From the NCBI GenBank assembly GCA_050011835.1, contig JBEKII010000003.1, positions 39,842-103,841 of the forward strand: a stretch of 64,000 nucleotides of DNA, written 5' to 3'. The stretch's first letter is position 1, and each line of letters opens with the position of its first letter. The position numbers and the translations under genes are program-made. A model generated the notes under the pieces. The model ran no database searches. It saw only the letters and a program-made list of their open reading frames with translations, and was not told the DNA's origin. Of this stretch, positions 59,201-64,000 are shown one piece after another. The DNA comes from Minisyncoccia bacterium. Lineage in GTDB: Bacteria > Patescibacteriota > Minisyncoccia > Phycocordibacterales > Phycocordibacteraceae.

Positions 59201-62200
59201 TTCGCGCCAAGTCATTTCTCAACTTTCGCTTATCCGTTCCCGAACAGCGCGACTTCTTCCATCGTCACTTTTTCATCCGCGCCCGTTCTCGCTTCACTCT
59301 CCGGCCTCATCGCAGGAAATACAGGGACTCTGTATCAAGTTGCCACCTCTACAATCTCATTTGGCTATGCCTCTACGACACAAATCGGAAGCACGGGCTC
59401 CGCATATTTTGCAACGTCTGGCGGCAACGTCGGCGTCGGGACGACGTCTCCGTATGCTCTTCTTTCTATCGGGGGAAATGTCGTCATTGGAGCTTCCACC
59501 GCTGGCGGCACATTAGGGAATCTTACTCTTCCGGCACTCGGCACTCCTGCCGGAGCATTTCTTGCGGTGAATTCAAACGGCCAAGTCATCGCTACAACGA
59601 CTTCTTATTCAATGCTCCCGCAGATAAATGCGGGATACATTCTCGGCAACAACACAGGAAATACGGCGAACGTAACTTCGTTCGCCACTAGCACGTTATT
59701 CGGTGCAAGTTCGTACGGGAACGTGCTGATGTACGGCAGCTCTGTGCCGGCGTGGGCCGCTACCTCCACTCTCTTCTCTGGCACGACAGGGCAGTTTCCA
59801 TATTTCAGTGCCTCGGGCACGCTCTCCCCGACATCTTCCATCTTCCTCTCTGGTTCCAATATCGGCATCGGGACGACATCTCCATATGCTCAACTATCCA
59901 TCTCAAACTCTGTAACAAGTCCCGTGAACCAGACGCTTTTCTCCATCGCTTCCACGACAGCGGGCACATCAACCTCAACCTTGATGACCGTGCTGGCGAA
60001 TGGAAATGTCGGCATTGGGACGGCAACTCCAAATAACACCATTCAAGTGACAAATTTAATCAATTTCGACAATATCAATTACAATACCGCTTTAGGTTAT
60101 CAAGCGGGATTAAATGTTGTATCAGGGCCTAATCAAGGCACTTTTGTTGGGTATCAGGCCGGAATGGGCAGTTCAACTGCGAGCGATTCTGGTACCAATA
60201 ATGCAGCCGTTGGGTATCAATCTCTTTATTCCAACACTTCCGGTTCCTATAACTCCGCCGAAGGATATGGAGCCCTTTATTTCAACACTACTGGTTCCTT
60301 CAACTCTGCTCATGGAGAAGCCGCCCTCTATAATAATACCTCTGGTTCCTATAACTCCGCCGAAGGATATGAAGCTCTTTTCTACAATTCCACTGGCAAC
60401 TCCAATTCTGCTCAGGGATATAATGCTCTTTCCTTCAACACTACTGGCCTCTATAGCTCCGCACTTGGAGCCAATGCCGGCACCTACATTTCCGGTGGCT
60501 CAACTGCCAATCTTGTTTCCAACAGTTCTCTTTTTCTCGGCTACAATTCGATGGCTTTAGCGAGTGGCGATACCAATGAAATAGTTATCGGAGCCAGTGC
60601 GACAGGAATCGGATCAAATACCGTTACTTTGGGTAATAGCTCAATTCTAACCACGGCGTTGAAAGGCAAGGTCGGTATCGGAACGACGACGCCCGACCAG
60701 AAGTTATCAATCTATTCAGCGGCAACTCCTTCGCTTGAATTCTCTCTCGGTGCAGGGGCGGGAAATCAGTGGACGGAAGGAATTGACACCACGAACGGAA
60801 ACTCTTTTGAGGTCGCCTCATCTTCTGCGCTCGGAACTAATCCGAGATTTGTTGTCAATGGAAGCGGCAACATCGGCATCGGAACAACGAGTCCGTATGC
60901 TCTTCTTTCTATCGGAGGAAATGTTGTCATTGGAGCTTCTACCGCCGGCGGCACACTTGGAACTCTGACACTACCCGCACTTGGAACGGTAACGGGGACA
61001 TTCCTCGCAGTGAACGGAACGGGAACTGTTATCGCCACAACAACCCCTCTCCTCTCAAATGCCGGCAACTGGGCAGGAACGTGGCAGAGTTATTCTCCGT
61101 CTAATTTTTCAACTTTCGCTTATCCGTTCCCAAGCAACGCAACTTCAACTTTTCTAACGTTCAGTGGTGGTCTATCAACAACTTATGCCTCAACAACAGC
61201 AGTTTCAGGAACTTCACTCTGCATCGGAACAGATTGCCGTACTGTATGGCCGACAGGCGGCGGTTCGGTTGGTTCAGGTACAACAGGTCAATTTCCTTAC
61301 TACGCGGGTGCAGGTTCGACACTCACTGCGACTTCCTCTATCTTCCTCGCATCAAATGGATTTATAGGAATTGGCACAACAAGCCCACAAGGCCTCCTCG
61401 ATGTGGTCGGTAATTCAAACTCGGTCTCGACTGCATTCACGGGAGCGCGGGCCATGTCCATCATCAACACTGACACGACCAATGGAAATATGGCGGGATT
61501 TGATTTCAGGACGGATGACTTGGCCGGGACACTCACGACAGGAACAAAAATTTTGGCTATTTTTAACAGCCACACGGCAAGCCATGTGAGCGCCGACATG
61601 ACATTCCGAACGAACAATGCGGGGACGATAGGCGAGGTGATGCGATTGACGAGTACGGGGAATGTGGGTATCGGAACAACATCCCCCTCTTCGCTCTTGT
61701 CTATTTCTAACTCCGCCACTACCGCTGCCAACACACCGCTCTTCACCATCGCCTCCACGACCGGCGGCACCGCCACGACAACGTTGTTTTCAATAAGTAG
61801 TCAAGGACAGTTACAAGCGCCTTACTATGCCGTTGCCGCAGGAACTTTTCTCGCAGCAGATGCTTCAGGGCGCATCATTGCCACGACAACTCCGACGGGA
61901 GGCAGTGGCTCCGGCACTGTCGGTTCGGGCACGACAGGGCAGTTCCCGTACTACGCTGCAGGCGGTACGACGCTTACTGCGACCTCATCACTATTCCTAG
62001 CGGCGAATGGCTATGTTGGGATCGGCACGGGAAGCCCGGGTACTTTACTTGACGTGGAGGGCGGGAATATCAATATTGGCACAGGAAATGCGTATCAAAT
62101 TGGCGCCAAGAACGCAATCATAGCGTCTTCGGCAGCCAATAACTGGTTCTTCGGCAATTCCGGCAACTTAAGTACCTCAGGAACCGGCAATACGGGAGAA

Positions 62201-64000
62201 GGCGAAACCGCACTTCTCTCACTCTCATCAGGCGCCAGCAATACCGCCAATGGATATGGTGCCCTTTATAGCAATACGTCAGGAAGCAATAACACCGCCA
62301 ATGGGTTTAACGCTCTTTATAACGATGCGTTAGGAAGCAATAGTACCGCCATTGGGTATCAGGCCGGAAATGGAGCTGGCGGTACCTCAATCACGAGTAG
62401 CACATTACTTGGATACGGTTCAGGATATTCACTAGGGAATAGCACAGGGAACATTTTGCTCGGTTATCAGGCGGGTTATGACCTCGCGACCGGTTCAAAT
62501 AACATTGTTATTGGCTATAACACCGACCTGCCTTCGACGACGCAAACTTCTACTCTGGACATTGCAAATCTCATTTATGCAACTGGTTTGACTAATTTCT
62601 TATCTCCGTCATCAGCAGCAGGAAGCGGCTACGTTGGCATCGGCACTACGTCTCCTTATTCTCTGTTATCCATTTCCAACTCCGCGACCACCGCGGTCAA
62701 CACGCCTCTCTTCACCATCGCCTCTACGACCGGCGGTACGGCCACCTCCACGCTCTTCAGCGTCGGCAGTAGCGGTCTCACTACCATAGGAGATAGTTCG
62801 GGAACAGGCGACGCAAATTTCCAATTCGCCTCCGATGCCAACGCGTGGGATATTGGATACAACTCTACCGATAAATCCTTCGACATCGCATCCTCAACGA
62901 GCTTGTCGAACACGGTGGCCTTTACCATCGCTAAAGGAACTACCACTAATAATGTCGGTATCGGAACGACGAGTCCCAATACTGCGCTCGAAGTCCATGG
63001 AGAAATCAGGCAAACGCAATGTACGGCGGCAGGTGCACTTAACGCCGATGCGTCAGGAGATATCATCTGCTCGGTTTCTTCCGAGCGATTCAAGCATAAT
63101 ATCCAATCTCTCACCTCTGCAGACGGACTTGCGGAAGTAGACGCGCTCACTCCAGTCAGTTTCGTGTTTAATCCGGATATGAATATGGGAAGTTCTACGC
63201 AAGTGGGCTTCATCGCCGAGCAAGCAGATCTCGTGGACCCGCGCCTCGTTTCGGTGGATGGGACGGGACAAATTGAGGGATTCCGTTATGACAATTATAC
63301 GGCGATATTGACGGAGGCCGTGCAGGAATTAGATGCGCGGACAAATTGGATGGAGGAGGCAACGAGTACGGCGGGGATGCCCCCGGACGTTCTGACGGTC
63401 GACGGGAAGAGTGTTGACCTCTACAAACTCGCGACGTATAACCTTGCGAGCGTGCAGACGCTTGCGGCGGCAATTGATGCGCAAAATATACGCCTGACTT
63501 CGCTCGAGGCGCGCGTTACCGCGCTCGAAAACGGTGTGGTAAGTACAACGAGCGGCTCGCCGATAACACTTTCTACCTCTACGCTTGCAAGTGCCCTGAA
63601 CGGATTCGGTGCACTGATCCAAAAGGGCATCGCGCAGTTTGGTATTCTCGTTGCTGACCAATTTGTCGCAGCGACCAATTCAGCCGGTACATCCTCGGCA
63701 GGCACCGTTACTATTCTTGCAGGAAATACCGTTGCGCAAGTTAATAATGCCTATGTTCTGCCATCATCAAAAATATTTGTGACACTTACTGCGTCAACCA
63801 CGGGCTCGTGGTACATCAGCGATAAACAAAATGGTTCTTTCAGGTTCGTACTCTCCACGCCGCAACCGAACGATGTCTCGTTTGATTACTTCCTTGTCCA
63901 GACCGAAGGCCAAATCGCGACGTCAACTCCGAACGGCTCATCCGGAAGTGAAACTTCGGCGTCTTCCGATACGACTCCGCCCACCATCACACTTCTTGGT
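56204..64000 (+). CDS. Giant membrane-anchored fibre/adhesin-like protein (at least 2599 aa, 3' partial): HTH - TM - Ala-rich region - fibre repeats - peptidase S74 - coiled coil - Ig-like
   Basis: Manual translation from ATG 56204 (MDPIFEKNLITTKYAGELSGYTPDYLARLARSGKIAGKRIGHSW) is stop-free to ~58140 and at all later spot checks; the ORF track has no ORF in this frame, as expected if no stop occurs; ten (V/I)G(I/V)GT..P motifs; SSERFKHNI...GFIAEQ; window ends in DTTPPTITLLG. Confidence 0.88.
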   Translation, partial: MDPIFEKNLITTKYAGELSGYTPDYLARLARSGKIAGKRIGHSWLIDSESLTHFLDQQGDRKADYARALARAREVEYREYHSLLRGVGKTLSTPFTVPSLNIGESSLRSQIISLSVAFLVVMFGAFLAHATPLLQFATETMTVAREAASGFNATFGDIPSRIALRINTVSTEMRIHPSYTVASAVFPSARSASPFLADLNLSSFQHVIISKNIFIRSTAFAFVPNNNVPLNLNIAPARILIFTVGNIQASLFAVYAFIATPSRVANAFASTYIAVGNETYAAIIASLSDYHLLIEHSGIKTLAYATVTRDAFAIAPHFIDQANLAFGNLIITTTHAAIRADVATAYGLSAALPASAHVALALVVDTGDVLAGATARSPALAIEAYLRATGIFAACAPALAQAVFAAEYTGASHFVALINAASRQYLEALMTTGHLALTLRSFSEAGYASTVNSITRAPAALEDFYLGVLGKSAYAFNSLFHLSKATNALAAAAPTLSVGEQIALITYETIHGFLNSTSSMLATLFGPPPSIVMPATVAVKVRTSAPVIASTTLNTSRITVTNYPTYTTVVNGASEDFVNQSLASLRNNVLATVAGMIQPVTVQTATNENAIQQVNMIQDLSNLIVRNGDFRGGTLSGAASVSATSGSFNNLTAGGLSLGSLDGPLQANSGVVSATTSIGVLYGGTGLSIAPAYGQLLVGDTNGEYVLTATSSLGINSGIWGKITGSLSDQTDLQSALNAKLSLTDWFATTSAPQLTTLANLINATTTNLNIGSTITGAGLASCSGATSKLLWNSSTGRFTCGVDAGSSGSGITGLGAEYSPYQTDATQTFATSSDMNIGLIITSNSDIHTFTPIWIGTLADNRIASASNWNSAYNNEITSASYPLSISSNAISSAFGTTTTIGVGTNKLLAVDSNGIIIASSTIGNGQLQNNSITVTTASPLGGAGTIPLGGTLALTCAGCLTSLAGAASSTLLSDANTFSGINNFTNSSSNFSGTWQTFAPSHFSTFAYPFPNSATSSIVTFSSAPVLASLSGLIAGNTGTLYQVATSTISFGYASTTQIGSTGSAYFATSGGNVGVGTTSPYALLSIGGNVVIGASTAGGTLGNLTLPALGTPAGAFLAVNSNGQVIATTTSYSMLPQINAGYILGNNTGNTANVTSFATSTLFGASSYGNVLMYGSSVPAWAATSTLFSGTTGQFPYFSASGTLSPTSSIFLSGSNIGIGTTSPYAQLSISNSVTSPVNQTLFSIASTTAGTSTSTLMTVLANGNVGIGTATPNNTIQVTNLINFDNINYNTALGYQAGLNVVSGPNQGTFVGYQAGMGSSTASDSGTNNAAVGYQSLYSNTSGSYNSAEGYGALYFNTTGSFNSAHGEAALYNNTSGSYNSAEGYEALFYNSTGNSNSAQGYNALSFNTTGLYSSALGANAGTYISGGSTANLVSNSSLFLGYNSMALASGDTNEIVIGASATGIGSNTVTLGNSSILTTALKGKVGIGTTTPDQKLSIYSAATPSLEFSLGAGAGNQWTEGIDTTNGNSFEVASSSALGTNPRFVVNGSGNIGIGTTSPYALLSIGGNVVIGASTAGGTLGTLTLPALGTVTGTFLAVNGTGTVIATTTPLLSNAGNWAGTWQSYSPSNFSTFAYPFPSNATSTFLTFSGGLSTTYASTTAVSGTSLCIGTDCRTVWPTGGGSVGSGTTGQFPYYAGAGSTLTATSSIFLASNGFIGIGTTSPQGLLDVVGNSNSVSTAFTGARAMSIINTDTTNGNMAGFDFRTDDLAGTLTTGTKILAIFNSHTASHVSADMTFRTNNAGTIGEVMRLTSTGNVGIGTTSPSSLLSISNSATTAANTPLFTIASTTGGTATTTLFSISSQGQLQAPYYAVAAGTFLAADASGRIIATTTPTGGSGSGTVGSGTTGQFPYYAAGGTTLTATSSLFLAANGYVGIGTGSPGTLLDVEGGNINIGTGNAYQIGAKNAIIASSAANNWFFGNSGNLSTSGTGNTGEGETALLSLSSGASNTANGYGALYSNTSGSNNTANGFNALYNDALGSNSTAIGYQAGNGAGGTSITSSTLLGYGSGYSLGNSTGNILLGYQAGYDLATGSNNIVIGYNTDLPSTTQTSTLDIANLIYATGLTNFLSPSSAAGSGYVGIGTTSPYSLLSISNSATTAVNTPLFTIASTTGGTATSTLFSVGSSGLTTIGDSSGTGDANFQFASDANAWDIGYNSTDKSFDIASSTSLSNTVAFTIAKGTTTNNVGIGTTSPNTALEVHGEIRQTQCTAAGALNADASGDIICSVSSERFKHNIQSLTSADGLAEVDALTPVSFVFNPDMNMGSSTQVGFIAEQADLVDPRLVSVDGTGQIEGFRYDNYTAILTEAVQELDARTNWMEEATSTAGMPPDVLTVDGKSVDLYKLATYNLASVQTLAAAIDAQNIRLTSLEARVTALENGVVSTTSGSPITLSTSTLASALNGFGALIQKGIAQFGILVADQFVAATNSAGTSSAGTVTILAGNTVAQVNNAYVLPSSKIFVTLTASTTGSWYISDKQNGSFRFVLSTPQPNDVSFDYFLVQTEGQIATSTPNGSSGSETSASSDTTPPTITLLG
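59185..62770 (+). repeat. Dispersed duplicated modules inside the giant gene
   Basis: ~59425-59600 matches ~60865-61045; ~59185-59260 matches ~61075-61150; ~61265-61385 matches ~61915-62035; ~61660-61790 matches ~62630-62765. Confidence 0.8.
60190..60480 (+). repeat. Tandem 51-nt (17-aa) repeats, (T/S)GxxNSAxGYxALxxNT type
   Basis: Exact 28-nt copy ggttcctataactccgccgaaggatatg at 60242 and 60344 (102 nt apart); a related block lies at ~62170-62520. Confidence 0.85.

Noticed and set aside
59185-62770. CRISPR array or DGR template/variable repeat pair
   Set aside because: The repeats are in-frame coding modules with mostly synonymous, not adenine-specific, differences; no cas or reverse transcriptase gene in the window
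56204-64000. Prophage tail fibre gene
   Set aside because: No phage structural, integrase or lysis genes in the window; the protein has an N-terminal TM and follows housekeeping genes
1-64000. tRNA/rRNA genes
   Set aside because: No cloverleaf or rRNA-like segment recognised by eye in the intergenic regions; not checked computationally

Overview
Bacterial chromosomal segment whose gene content and style suggest Patescibacteria/CPR (Parcubacteria, Kaiserbacteria-like); this taxonomy is inference. Almost all genes lie on the + strand. Layout: (i) 1-5.1 kb: partial murC, a degenerate YfiH-like gene, rsmI, a small membrane protein, an orphan TraD/VirB4-like ATPase and a surface-protein remnant. 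(ii) about 5.1-48.4 kb: a ~43 kb surface-glycan locus with nine GT4, two GT2, one GT9, two GT-C-like membrane proteins, GtrA, epimerases, methyl- and acetyltransferases, a pseudaminic-acid-type pathway (pseB, pseC, pseI, SpsF-like cytidylyltransferase, but no recognisable pseG/pseH) with many accessory enzymes, an ABC flippase and an O-antigen-ligase/TPR protein; it is scarred by an IS3 remnant, an IS481 element and pseudogenes. (iii) 48.4-54.6 kb: murB, a tiny unannotated Lys/Arg-rich peptide gene, secA, obgE, gatB. (iv) 54.7-64 kb: a small HTH+TM protein, a 700-bp AT-rich spacer and a giant ORF missed by the ORF track (56204 to beyond the window end, at least 2599 aa) with an N-terminal HTH, a TM helix, fibre/adhesin repeats, an internal peptidase S74 domain and the start of an Ig-like domain. 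The best candidates for a new system are the paired HTH-membrane proteins/giant fibre and the non-canonical nonulosonic-acid glycosylation locus. All family calls come from motif recognition by eye; no searches were run.
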